Below are positions 29,782-39,460 of a stretch of DNA of 64,000 bases, piece after piece. Numbering within the stretch: position 1 is the stretch's first letter; every line of letters starts with the position of its first letter. Made by a program: the position numbers and the translations under genes. Source of the DNA: a virus; the IMG/VR virus record IMGVR_UViG_3300047476_000704, positions 64,001-128,000 of that record; one strand, written 5' to 3'. Under the pieces are notes generated by a model. The model made no database searches, was not told where the DNA came from, and saw nothing but the letters and a program-made list of their open reading frames with translations.

Positions 29782-30418
29782 TTTGTAAATTTCTTATAGC
29801 TTCTTCGTAGTAGGGTAATTCTTTTTGTATTTCATCATTGTAATCTTTACTTGTTGCACTTAACTCACCCAATGCTTTTAGATTTTCAATAACATATATT
29901 GGTCTTCCATTCTTATCTTTGTTCCACCAATATAAAATATCATCACCAAAGAATATTTTCAATCGTTCATCTATTTTTATATAATTTTCTTTGCGAATAA
30001 ACATCATACATCCAAAACCCAAATATCTACATTCAGCTTCTTTGAACTCAAATACATCTATATTTGTGTTAAAATCTGTACCTAGATTTTTATTTGCATT
30101 AAAACCAATTATTCCAAAATCTAAATTGTTTATTGCATCTAAATTATGTTTTATTGTCTGAAAGTTTATTTCTATATCGTCATTCAATAAGCAAACTATA
30201 TTATTTTTTGCAATATCAACGCCGATATTCCACGATTTATTTACATATAGATTTTCTTTTGCAATTAAAATTGTTAGTTCGGGTTCCAAATAACAACCAT
30301 GATTATTATCAATTAAAATAAATTCTGCATTTGGAATAGCTGCTCTTTTGTAATCATGTATTATATCACGCAATCGCATTGGATTTCTCCACATTGTAGG
30401 TACTATAAAACTTATCAT
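29774..30418 (-). CDS. Glycosyltransferase family 2
   Basis: ISFIVPT, ILIDN, YVNKSWNIG, LLNDD, FFGDD. Confidence 0.8.
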   Translation of the reverse strand: MISFIVPTMWRNPMRLRDIIHDYKRAAIPNAEFILIDNNHGCYLEPELTILIAKENLYVNKSWNIGVDIAKNNIVCLLNDDIEINFQTIKHNLDAINNLDFGIIGFNANKNLGTDFNTNIDVFEFKEAECRYLGFGCMMFIRKENYIKIDERLKIFFGDDILYWWNKDKNGRPIYVIENLKALGELSATSKDYNDEIQKELPYYEEAIRNLQNA

Positions 30419-32235
30419 ATTTTAAATATTTTATGTGCGTTGTTTTCATTTTCTCCAATGTTTGATGGTACATCCAATGGATTGTTTGGGTTTAATCTGT
30501 AACAATAATCATCCAAACCCAATTCCTCAAATCGTTTTGCAATTCTCTCATTGTAGTAATACATAATAGTCCTTACTCTTCGTTGAATATCTGCTCTACT
30601 TAAATCGTGTGTGTTTCGACCAGTTGTGTTATTATAGATAAATTGAACATAACACATTCTCGGTATTCTCATCATTAGTGTTCCCAAAAATGTTCTTACT
30701 AACAATTCGTAATCATCTGCTATTGCTAAATCTCTATTGTGTCCACCGATTTGGAAATACACATCTCTTCTCCAAGCTCTAATATGGTTGGGAACACCTA
30801 CAATGTGGCGAATTGTTTTTGGATTTATTGGTGGTGCTATACACGAATCAAAATTAAATCCATTTACATCAAACTTTTCATATTTACCATATCCAAATGC
30901 AAATCCATCAGGATAATGTAATGAGTTCCAGTTCTCATCACATTCGGCATTATCAGTATAAAAGAAACCAATCTCTGGATGTTCCTGTGATGCTTTGTGT
31001 AAGTAATATGTACAATCAGGCGTTAGATAATCATCGTGGTCTAATTCTGCAAGTAAATATCCTCTACATAAAGTTGCTGCTCTGTATTTACTTTCCCCAA
31101 TAATCCCACCACTCTTTTCTCTAAAATCATATACTTTAACTCTTGGGTCATTTTTTGCAATACCTTCTGCAATTTTAAGTGTTTTACCACCGTCCGTTGA
31201 GTCATTTACCAATACCCATTCCCAATTGTTGTAAGTTTGTTCGTTTAATGATTTGTAAGTGTTTAATAATTTCTCACCAGTATTATATATTGGAGTAAAG
31301 TATGAAACAAGTTGTGAATTATCCATTCTTAACATAGTTTCCATAGCACATTGATATGCATCTTGTCCAGTATTTTGATTTATCTCCGTAAATGCCAACC
31401 ATTTGTTACGAACATTTAATGGTTGTTGCGCTAAATTAGGAAACTTTCTCCAATCATCTGCAATTGATACAATTACATCCGGCTTTTTTTCAGCCAAAAC
31501 TTCACTTATATTGACATCGTTTGTTAAATGAATAGTATCTAAATTGGCATCTTCATAATCAGCTGCTATATAAGATTTTAATTCGGATGGTTTATCACTT
31601 ATTAGTAAAACTTTTGGTAATTTTGCTTTTGGTGTTTTTTCCAAATAATTGTAATAACATAATTCTTTTGTTATATACTTAAACCATTGTGGATTTTCGT
31701 TGTGAATTTTTTCTATTAAAAACCCATCACCAGCATAATGACCTGTAAATTGGTATTGATTAAATATACTATGGTGAAATATCATTTGTGCAATATCTAC
31801 ACCTTGATATTTCATATTTTCGGGTTTAGCTTCTCTTACTTCTAAACCGGTAAAATCTTTACCACCCACAAGTTGATTTACCGCAAATATTTTGTGTTCA
31901 CCATCATTTTCTTTGATTGTAGTATCAACCTCATTAAAGAAATGTGGATGAACTATATTATCATCATCTACAACTACTACATATCCATCATTTAATTTAG
32001 ATGCAATTTCACCCATTTGTGGATAAAGATAATCAGTACCATTACTTTCTACAAAGTGTAATTGTATCCTTTCATCATTTAACCTAAACAATAAATCGGC
32101 AGGAATATCTTTTAATCTAGCCGTATCAAATATGATATGCCATTTTATATCTACACCATAATCCGTAAATATGGATTCTTTTACTTTATCTAAATTATTT
32201 AATCTACTACAACGTGTTATTATATGATATATCAT
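30415..32235 (-). CDS. Tandem GT-A (GT2-like) glycosyltransferase
   Basis: Domain 1 VVDDDN; domain 2 VSYFTPIYNT...WVLVNDS...LAELDHDD...IADDYEL. Confidence 0.82.
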   Translation of the reverse strand: MIYHIITRCSRLNNLDKVKESIFTDYGVDIKWHIIFDTARLKDIPADLLFRLNDERIQLHFVESNGTDYLYPQMGEIASKLNDGYVVVVDDDNIVHPHFFNEVDTTIKENDGEHKIFAVNQLVGGKDFTGLEVREAKPENMKYQGVDIAQMIFHHSIFNQYQFTGHYAGDGFLIEKIHNENPQWFKYITKELCYYNYLEKTPKAKLPKVLLISDKPSELKSYIAADYEDANLDTIHLTNDVNISEVLAEKKPDVIVSIADDWRKFPNLAQQPLNVRNKWLAFTEINQNTGQDAYQCAMETMLRMDNSQLVSYFTPIYNTGEKLLNTYKSLNEQTYNNWEWVLVNDSTDGGKTLKIAEGIAKNDPRVKVYDFREKSGGIIGESKYRAATLCRGYLLAELDHDDYLTPDCTYYLHKASQEHPEIGFFYTDNAECDENWNSLHYPDGFAFGYGKYEKFDVNGFNFDSCIAPPINPKTIRHIVGVPNHIRAWRRDVYFQIGGHNRDLAIADDYELLVRTFLGTLMMRIPRMCYVQFIYNNTTGRNTHDLSRADIQRRVRTIMYYYNERIAKRFEELGLDDYCYRLNPNNPLDVPSNIGENENNAHKIFKI

Positions 32236-33173
32236 TATCTTAAACTAGCTTCAAATCTCCAATTATGCTCTTCCAACTCTTTAAAATCTTTTGTACTATC
32301 GCAAAATGTGCAAAACTCTTCTCTCGGAAAAGTAAAACCATACTTGCAGGTTATAGCAGATTTTGTTTCATACCCACAACCTTTTATTTCTTCAACTACT
32401 TTATCAAAGTTATCATCATATTGCCAATGGTCACAATGAACCATAATACCATTTTTTAACCAAGCTGATTTTAATTGTTTACCCAATGCTTCTGCTGCTA
32501 TTTCAGCTTGTCCCCATTGTGTAGATGTTTTTAATTCAGTTGGATTGCCATCTTCATCATAAAATTCTTTTAGTGGTAATATACCCAAATCATAATATAC
32601 TGAATTTTTACGAATATGTGGATTATTTGTGTAATCTCTTTCTTTTAAAAATACAAATTCATCAGTTACACTTTCAACATTTCTATCAGCAATCCAATAG
32701 CCAAATCCAAATTGCCTATCATCGGTATCGTTTTGGTATTTTCTTAATTGTAGTTGCTCTATACCACCTTCTCCCATCATTTCCAATGAACGATTTAACC
32801 AATCTTTATCAAATCCAGCAATATTTTGGGGTAAAGTAATCCAATCTCCTTCTAAAAATAAAGTATATTTGTAATCTCTACAATAATTATTTAATCGGTT
32901 TATACCAGCTCCAACTCCCAAATTTATATTTGATTGAATTGGGATAATATCTACTTTATCTTTCCATTTAGTACGAAGATTATCACATACATTAAATATG
33001 GATTCACTTTGACCATTGATAAAGATAAACCATTTTACAAATGGAATATTAGTATTTTCTAAAAATGTATTTATTGTAAGCTCTAACTGTGTATCACGTT
33101 TTACACCATCATGTGTTAAAGTTGCTATACAAAAATGTAATTTATTCATATTATTTATATGCTTCTCCACCAA
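32235..33173 (-). CDS. Putative GT-A glycosyltransferase with Cys-rich C-terminus
   Basis: NLGVGAGINRL, LFLEGDW, C-terminal C...C...CxxC. Confidence 0.6.
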   Translation of the reverse strand: MVEKHINNMNKLHFCIATLTHDGVKRDTQLELTINTFLENTNIPFVKWFIFINGQSESIFNVCDNLRTKWKDKVDIIPIQSNINLGVGAGINRLNNYCRDYKYTLFLEGDWITLPQNIAGFDKDWLNRSLEMMGEGGIEQLQLRKYQNDTDDRQFGFGYWIADRNVESVTDEFVFLKERDYTNNPHIRKNSVYYDLGILPLKEFYDEDGNPTELKTSTQWGQAEIAAEALGKQLKSAWLKNGIMVHCDHWQYDDNFDKVVEEIKGCGYETKSAITCKYGFTFPREEFCTFCDSTKDFKELEEHNWRFEASLR

Positions 33174-33744
33174 CCCAAAGAACTAAACTTCTTCTAACTC
33201 CTTTGGTTATTGGTGTTACTCTATGTAATGTAAATGATGGAAATAATATAGCTGAACCTTTTTTCTTTTCCATTGTTCTAAATTCACCACCATGCCATAA
33301 TTCAAAATCACCACCCTCATATTCATCTGGCGATGATAATTGGATAGTTATACTAATTTTACGATGACTTATTGAACCAGGTCCAATATCAGTATGCCAA
33401 CCATAATGCCCACCATTTGCATAATATTCAGTATATTGGATTGAATCTAAAATACTATGCAAATTAAATTTCCATATTGAATTATTTGCTTCTATTGATA
33501 AATCTCTAATTCTATCATATACCCATGCGGATTTTTCGTCGTGATAAATCCATTTTATATTAGATTTACGAATTTCTTCATTTGGATTGGATTCATCGCT
33601 AACAGTTGTAGCAGTTTGAAATGGATATAACTCCTTTAAGTTGTCAATCCATATCAACTCTTGCTCACTAAAACCATTATCAAACGAATAATAGTTTGTT
33701 TGATTTATTGAATCATCTATATTGTAAATGGGTGCAAATCTCAT
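33151..33744 (-). CDS. 2OG-Fe(II) oxygenase
   Basis: YGWHTD, KISITIQLS..YEGGDF, HRVTPITKGVRRSLVLW. Confidence 0.92.
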   Translation of the reverse strand: MRFAPIYNIDDSINQTNYYSFDNGFSEQELIWIDNLKELYPFQTATTVSDESNPNEEIRKSNIKWIYHDEKSAWVYDRIRDLSIEANNSIWKFNLHSILDSIQYTEYYANGGHYGWHTDIGPGSISHRKISITIQLSSPDEYEGGDFELWHGGEFRTMEKKKGSAILFPSFTLHRVTPITKGVRRSLVLWVGGEAYK

Positions 33745-33754
33745 ATATTATATA

Positions 33755-34375
33755 TTATCTAAAAACACTACCACCAACCCAAAGAACTAAACTTTTGCGA
33801 ACTCCTTTTGTTACAGGTGTTATTCTATGCATTAAATAACTTGGAAACAATACTACTGCTCCTTTTTGACGAGGTGCCTTAATTGGTTCTGCTCCACCAG
33901 CCCAAATTTCCAAATCACCACCTTCATAATCGTTAGGGTCTGATAATTGGACTGTAATACTAATTTTACGATGATTTAACGGATAAGCCCCAACATCCAA
34001 ATGCCAATCATATCCACCTTCTTCCTCACCATTATATTCCGTATATTGAATAGCATCTTTCCAATGTGATAAATCAAATCTCCAATAATTAAAATTTGCT
34101 TCTAATGCCATATGCATCATTTTATCATACATCCACTCTGTTTTATCAGCTTCAGGTGGCATCCATTTAATATTTGATTTACGAATTGAGTTTTCTGATT
34201 TTTCTCCATCGTTTTCTTCAATCTCACTTTGTGTAAGTGCTTCTTGAAATTCATACAATTTTGAAAGACGTAATACATTACGAATTTCTACATTACTAAA
34301 TCCTTTTTCAAACCAGTAATAATCTACCTGATTCAATTCACGATTTATTGGAAAGGTTGGGTAAAGTTCTAACAT
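33755..34375 (-). CDS. 2OG-Fe(II) oxygenase (paralogue)
   Basis: YDWHLD, KISITVQLS..YEGGDL, HRITPVTKGVRKSLVLW. Confidence 0.92.
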   Translation of the reverse strand: MLELYPTFPINRELNQVDYYWFEKGFSNVEIRNVLRLSKLYEFQEALTQSEIEENDGEKSENSIRKSNIKWMPPEADKTEWMYDKMMHMALEANFNYWRFDLSHWKDAIQYTEYNGEEEGGYDWHLDVGAYPLNHRKISITVQLSDPNDYEGGDLEIWAGGAEPIKAPRQKGAVVLFPSYLMHRITPVTKGVRKSLVLWVGGSVFR

Positions 34376-34380
34376 AATAA

Positions 34381-35202
34381 TTATATTTTATATTTAAAGT
34401 AATCGTAAAACCATTTATAGTTATCAACTATATATTGGCAAGTGTAATCCCCCAAAACTTCTTTAAAATCTTCTTTTGGTGGAGTAAATGTACTTCGTAT
34501 AGTGTGGTCTGCATATGAACCACCCAATTGGTCATTTTCGTATGTTAATTGCTGTATGTTATTAAAGTCGTGTTCGTAGTAAGGTATTTCCAAATAGTCA
34601 TATAACTCTTCCATAGTTTCCATTGGAAATTTACAAAACTCCTCAAACTTTATAAAATGAATATGCTTATCATTTTTTTGTAAAATACAATCCCAAAGAT
34701 TTTCCAAAGGTATATTAAGCATTGGTTGTTGAACCATATGTTGTAACCTAGTTACTGTTGAATTACCAATTGGATTATAATAATCGGTAACATTAAAATC
34801 TTTTAAAGGATTATTTCTATATCGTTTTTCCATTGAAGAAAAAATACTTCTTAAATCCCTAACCATAACAACTATTTTTGGATTTGGGTCATATGAATTT
34901 ACAAAATTATATTCACCAATCCATCCTCTAAATTTATCTATTGCGTATGGTTTATCTGTTAAACTACCATAATATGAATTTATTCCATTTTTTAAAAAAG
35001 AACTAAATGCTGGTAGTAATTCTGTTTGATTTTGTGCTTGAAAATGTATATGATTTGTAAATATTCTGCGAGTTTCCAATAACATAGTAAACATGCCCGA
35101 TGTGGGAGATGGATATATATCTGGATTCTGTCCTAGTATATTTTGTAATAAAGTAGAACCACTCCTTGGAAAGGATGCATTATAAAACACTCTTTTAATC
35201 AT
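34381..35202 (-). CDS. PAPS-dependent sulfotransferase
   Basis: 5'-PSB loop FPRSGSTLL; 3'-PB VMVRDLRSIFSS; IKFEEF. Confidence 0.9.
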   Translation of the reverse strand: MIKRVFYNASFPRSGSTLLQNILGQNPDIYPSPTSGMFTMLLETRRIFTNHIHFQAQNQTELLPAFSSFLKNGINSYYGSLTDKPYAIDKFRGWIGEYNFVNSYDPNPKIVVMVRDLRSIFSSMEKRYRNNPLKDFNVTDYYNPIGNSTVTRLQHMVQQPMLNIPLENLWDCILQKNDKHIHFIKFEEFCKFPMETMEELYDYLEIPYYEHDFNNIQQLTYENDQLGGSYADHTIRSTFTPPKEDFKEVLGDYTCQYIVDNYKWFYDYFKYKI

Positions 35203-35224
35203 AATTTATTTGATATATTATTTA

Positions 35225-35256
35225 CAAATATACCACATTTTTATGTAATAACCAAA
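35225..35256 (-). promoter_or_regulatory. Bacteroidota sigma70-type promoter for the sulfotransferase-oxygenase-GT operon
   Basis: TTTG-20 nt-TATATTTG. Confidence 0.78.
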
Positions 35257-35270
35257 TTATTTAAGTATTA

Positions 35271-35696
35271 TTATTCAGTTGGTGGTGTATAATCCGGTTC
35301 TTCCCATACCCATTCTAACCTCGACTCAGCCCATACCCAACAATCACGTCCGCCAACAGGTGTTTCAGGCTTTGCATATTCGGGTTTTAATTTCCATTTA
35401 TAATCCGTTGTATCTAAATAATGAGATGGAATCTCTGGATTTGCATATGTAGGTTCTGGTGCATAAAATGCATCTGCTTCATAATCATAATTACCACCTA
35501 CCCAAGCATAATTGTATCTTAAAGCAACTCCACCATCTGGCAATCCATCTTGTCCATAGTGTACACCACCATGTGTATTATATGATGTTTGTATCCACAA
35601 AGCAGGGTCACCAACTGCACCAGAATCTATAAAATCTTGCTCTGCTACAATTATTTCCGTTACTATACCATCTACTACTTTTGCAAAATGTGCCAT
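35271..35696 (-). CDS. Hypothetical fibre-associated protein
   Basis: MAHFAKV...WIQTSYNT...LRYNYA; follows the Gly-rich gene. Confidence 0.65.
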   Translation of the reverse strand: MAHFAKVVDGIVTEIIVAEQDFIDSGAVGDPALWIQTSYNTHGGVHYGQDGLPDGGVALRYNYAWVGGNYDYEADAFYAPEPTYANPEIPSHYLDTTDYKWKLKPEYAKPETPVGGRDCWVWAESRLEWVWEEPDYTPPTE

Positions 35697-35721
35697 ATTA
35701 TATCCTAAACTTTACTATCTA

Positions 35722-36681
35722 TTAAGTCCATCTAATAACAACTCTACCGCTACCACCGGCACCGGCTGGATTTCCACCACCAGTCCAAGCATTTGTTGGT
35801 CCACCGCCTCCGCCGCCGCCGTTATTTGTACCACCCGCTTGTGCATTATTACCCGCTGGGTTATTTCCGTTTGCACCACGGCCGCCACCACCTGGTCCAC
35901 CATATCCGGAGTTGGTGTTGTTAAATCCACCACCTCCGCCTCCGCCGCCGGATGAATATCCAGTTGGGCCGCCGTATGGAAAATAAGGTCCACCACTACC
36001 ACCGGGTCCTCCACCATCTCCTTGTCTTGCATTTCCAGCTGAACCACGTCCTCCTCCACCGGAAGAACCTTCTCCACCGTATCCACCAGGTCCACCAGGA
36101 TTACCCTGCGAACCATTACCAGCTGCCCCACCATATGGTGCTCTACAGCCACCGCCACCTGAACCGCCGTTTCCAGCTGGCTCAAAAAGACCAGCGCCTG
36201 CTCCACCGCCAGTTGCTCCAACATTACCAAATGCTGAACCTTGTCCATTTGCGCCACGACCAGTTCCACCTGAACCTCCACCTCCGCCACCAACGGTAAC
36301 ACCTACTGGAGATGCTGCGTAATATGTAGTTTCAACTACACCACCTGCACCTCCTCCTCCACCTCCAGATGGATTTGAACCCCATCCACCTCCGCCACCA
36401 CCGGCTACCACTAATATACCAAAAGTTTTTCCACCACCAGTTAATAATGTACCACTACTATTCCATTCTGCAAAGTTATGTCCACCTGAATTGTATGTAT
36501 ATGCACCTTGTGCTTGAGCAAAGAACGATGAGTATCCCCAAAACTCACTCATTGAGTCAGGAGTCGTTGTTTTACCTGCTTGCTGCGATAAAGTATGTAA
36601 AGAACTATTTGCCGTAGTTGCTCCACGTCCTAGTTCTACATTTATTTGTGATATTGATATTGTTCCCGATGGTAATGCCAT
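35722..36681 (-). CDS. Glycine-rich putative adhesin/fibre tip
   Basis: MALPSGTISISQINVELG start; VVAGGGGGG, GGGGAGG, GGSGRVVIRW. Confidence 0.75.
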   Translation of the reverse strand: MALPSGTISISQINVELGRGATTANSSLHTLSQQAGKTTTPDSMSEFWGYSSFFAQAQGAYTYNSGGHNFAEWNSSGTLLTGGGKTFGILVVAGGGGGGWGSNPSGGGGGGAGGVVETTYYAASPVGVTVGGGGGGSGGTGRGANGQGSAFGNVGATGGGAGAGLFEPAGNGGSGGGGCRAPYGGAAGNGSQGNPGGPGGYGGEGSSGGGGRGSAGNARQGDGGGPGGSGGPYFPYGGPTGYSSGGGGGGGGFNNTNSGYGGPGGGGRGANGNNPAGNNAQAGGTNNGGGGGGGPTNAWTGGGNPAGAGGSGRVVIRWT

Positions 36682-36701
36682 AATCTAATTACTTTATTTA
36701 A

Positions 36702-37130
36702 CTATAAATATAAAACTTTTTTAATTTCTCTAAATGTTTCACGTGGTTCACCATCTGTACATATTGAAATGAAGTCTTCCAATGGTTCTTCATAATCAGT
36801 AACAAAGTATGATTCTCTACCTCGTTTTTGTTTAGTGTAAAGATATATCTCCTTTACTTTACAATCACGTTTTAACTCCTCTCTTAACTCTCTATATGGT
36901 GCTACCATAGATATGATAACACTATGATTTTCAGAGTCTAAATAACGAGCTACATCAAATGCCTTTTGGATATTTCGTAATCTACCTTCTTTTGTATAAT
37001 CGGTATTTGGAAATATCGTTCTCATCTTATCACCATCTATGTGAAACATATGGTTTCCAAGATATTTTTTTAACATTCCAGCCATTGTAGTCTTTCCACT
37101 TCCCGGCTGTCCTATGAACAAATAAATCAT
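36702..37130 (-). CDS. cysC: Adenylylsulfate (APS) kinase
   Basis: GQPGSGKTT, IDGD, MVAPYRELR, DYEEP. Confidence 0.85.
   Translation of the reverse strand: MIYLFIGQPGSGKTTMAGMLKKYLGNHMFHIDGDKMRTIFPNTDYTKEGRLRNIQKAFDVARYLDSENHSVIISMVAPYRELREELKRDCKVKEIYLYTKQKRGRESYFVTDYEEPLEDFISICTDGEPRETFREIKKVLYL
36703..36711 (-). promoter_or_regulatory. ATATTTATA putative late promoter in the last codons of cysC
   Basis: Positioned just before the Gly-rich structural gene. Confidence 0.55.
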
Positions 37131-37155
37131 AACTCTATAATTTTAATAATAAACA

Positions 37156-37187
37156 TAAAGTTACGATTTATTCTCCATTTTTCCAAA
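37156..37187 (-). promoter_or_regulatory. Bacteroidota sigma70-type promoter for cysC
   Basis: TTTG-20 nt-TAACTTTA. Confidence 0.72.
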
Positions 37188-37191
37188 TTAT

Positions 37192-38091
37192 TTAAGATTT
37201 TAATGAGTCAATTTCAGCTTTTAATTCTTTAATTGCCTCTATAATCAATGGTATAATTTTTTCGTATTTAACAGTTAAATAATTTTCACCAGTCTTTGAT
37301 ACAATTTCACCACTTTCTAATACTAGTCTATCTATTGGTGCTAATACTACTACCTCTGGTAATACCGATTGAACCTCTTGTGCTGATACTCCGACTTGTG
37401 ATTCATTTGTTGTATAACCCAAAGATTTAGCCACATCACTATTTGTATAATGGAAACCATTTAATTGTTGTACTTTTGATAATGCGTTTTCAATATTACC
37501 AATTCTTACTTTCAATCTATCATCGGATGAATATGCGGTAATGTCACCAGTTGCTGTAATAGCACCTTGTACTGCTATACCACCAGTGAATGTACCACCA
37601 CCAAATGGGTTTCCAGTTGGTCCCGTAGGTCCAGTTGGGCCCGTAGGTCCAGTTGGTCCAGTTGGTCCTTGTCTACCTTGAAAGCCTTGTGCCCCAACTG
37701 CTCCCTGTGGTCCAGTTGCACCCGTTGGTCCTTGGTTACCTTGAAAACCTTGTGCCCCAACTGCTCCCTGTGGTCCGGTAGGTCCCTGTGCACCCTGTGG
37801 TCCATTTGCACCATTAGAACCAGTTGCTCCCGATGTACCTGATGTTGCTGCGGTGTATGATGTTCCGTTTATAGTTAAGTTACCAACTACACCAATTGAA
37901 CCACTAACCTCCAAAGAACCAGTAATTGTTTGATTTGCTATAAAATTATTTGAACCAGTTGTTGCAATTGTAACATCGCCAGCATCTAAACCAACTTGCA
38001 ATGTTTGTAATGTTGTATTTACAAACGGCTCTCCGTATGCCAACGAACCTGATTTTTGTGCGGTTGTCCCACGTCTAAATTTAAGTGCCAT
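37192..38091 (-). CDS. Collagen-like fibre with Mtd-N-like start and S74 chaperone
   Basis: LKFRRG...GEPFVNT; GPT/GAQ triplets; SSDDRLK...VGVSAQEVQ...YLTVKYEK. Confidence 0.88.
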   Translation of the reverse strand: MALKFRRGTTAQKSGSLAYGEPFVNTTLQTLQVGLDAGDVTIATTGSNNFIANQTITGSLEVSGSIGVVGNLTINGTSYTAATSGTSGATGSNGANGPQGAQGPTGPQGAVGAQGFQGNQGPTGATGPQGAVGAQGFQGRQGPTGPTGPTGPTGPTGPTGNPFGGGTFTGGIAVQGAITATGDITAYSSDDRLKVRIGNIENALSKVQQLNGFHYTNSDVAKSLGYTTNESQVGVSAQEVQSVLPEVVVLAPIDRLVLESGEIVSKTGENYLTVKYEKIIPLIIEAIKELKAEIDSLKS

Positions 38092-38121
38092 CTAGTTTAC
38101 CTTTCTTTTAGTATGTATGTG

Positions 38122-38130
38122 TATAAATAT
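38122..38130 (-). promoter_or_regulatory. ATATTTATA putative late promoter
   Basis: Intergenic copy. Confidence 0.62.
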
Positions 38131-38144
38131 AATCTTTTTATTTA

Positions 38145-39371
38145 TTAAATGTTAAAATCCAAATCTCCACTATTATTTATATATTTAGCAAGATGCATAT
38201 AGTTAGATGTAATACTACCAGTTGTTACATTCATCGTATTTGCACTCATAGATAAATAAGTTGTACTTGCAATTATTACTTGCATTGAATTTGTTTGTGC
38301 AACTATTTGAGTGTTTGATGTTAAGTCTTCCACAAACGCAACCGTACCCGCTACCGATGGTTCTAAATTAAAATCAAATGTATTATTGCCACCAGATGAT
38401 GCACTTATAATTCTAGAACTTAATGATGAACTAAAATCTGTTAAGTTACCAACGCCATTAAATGTGGATGCTGATATTGCACCAGATACATATACACTAC
38501 CAGTTATGTTTAAGTTTGAACCATCAAATGATAAATTACTTTCAACCGTTACATTTGGAGATGAACCATTTAATGTAACCAATCCATTATCAGTTGTACC
38601 GGATACTGAAAGTGCCCCAGTAGCTCCTTGGTTTCCTTGCGGGCCTTGGTTTCCTTGCGTCCCATTAGAACCATTTGCTCCTTGGTTTCCTTGCGGTCCC
38701 TGTCTACCTTGAAACCCTTGAGTTCCTTGCGTACCTTGATTACCCTGCGGGCCTTGGTTACCTTGTGTACCATTAGAACCATTAGCTCCTTGATTACCTT
38801 GTGGTCCTTGATTACCCTGCGTACCCTGATTTCCTTGTGGTCCTTGGTTACCTTGGAAACCTTGAGTTCCTTGTGTACCTTGGTTTCCTTGCGGTCCTTG
38901 ATTTCCTTGTGTACCTTGAAAACCTTGCGTACCTTGTGTACCTTGATTCCCCTGCGGTCCCTGTCTACCTTGTGCACCAGATGTACCAGATGTTGCTGCT
39001 GAATACGATGTACCATTTATAACCAAAGAACCAGTTAATTGTAAAGAACCAGTTACACCCATAATATCATCCATAGAATCACCAAATTTTGATGAACCCG
39101 ATTGATATAAAACCGATGATGAAATTACATTTATATTAAATTGCTTCGCATTTACCGCACCCAATACAGTTAAATCACCAGTCAATGATATTGAACCAGT
39201 TGTAACGGAATCCGTTGTTACTAATGTTTGTATGGACTCTACCGAACCTGATTTTTTTAAGAATACTTTACCATCGTAAGTATTTACAGCTAACTCACCA
39301 AGATTTAATGATGAAGTTGTAGGAGTTTTACCACTCTGCGAAGAGCGTTTTAGTATAATAGATTGAGCCAT
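38145..39371 (-). CDS. Collagen-like fibre protein with Mtd-N-like domain
   Basis: IILKRSS...LGELAVNTYDGKVFLK; about 40 Gly-X-Gln-type triplets. Confidence 0.85.
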   Translation of the reverse strand: MAQSIILKRSSQSGKTPTTSSLNLGELAVNTYDGKVFLKKSGSVESIQTLVTTDSVTTGSISLTGDLTVLGAVNAKQFNINVISSSVLYQSGSSKFGDSMDDIMGVTGSLQLTGSLVINGTSYSAATSGTSGAQGRQGPQGNQGTQGTQGFQGTQGNQGPQGNQGTQGTQGFQGNQGPQGNQGTQGNQGPQGNQGANGSNGTQGNQGPQGNQGTQGTQGFQGRQGPQGNQGANGSNGTQGNQGPQGNQGATGALSVSGTTDNGLVTLNGSSPNVTVESNLSFDGSNLNITGSVYVSGAISASTFNGVGNLTDFSSSLSSRIISASSGGNNTFDFNLEPSVAGTVAFVEDLTSNTQIVAQTNSMQVIIASTTYLSMSANTMNVTTGSITSNYMHLAKYINNSGDLDFNI

Positions 39372-39400
39372 ATATAGGTTCTTTGGGTGCTTATATAAAC

Positions 39401-39427
39401 AAAAAAAGGAGTAGTATATACTACCCC
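39401..39427 (-). terminator. Intrinsic terminator abutting a late motif
   Basis: GGGGTAGT-ATAT-ACTACTCC-T7. Confidence 0.75.
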
Positions 39428-39436
39428 TATAAATAT
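39428..39436 (-). promoter_or_regulatory. ATATTTATA putative late promoter
   Basis: Directly 5' of the hairpin. Confidence 0.55.
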
Positions 39437-39460
39437 AAGTTTTTTAATAAAAGATTATTT

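Noticed and set aside
33151-34375. 2OG-Fe(II) oxygenases as collagen prolyl-4-hydroxylases
   Set aside because: P4H acts on Y-position Pro, and the fibres place Pro at X in the tracts I read. Another substrate (X-Pro, Asn/Asp, sugar or lipid) is more likely, so the substrate is left open.
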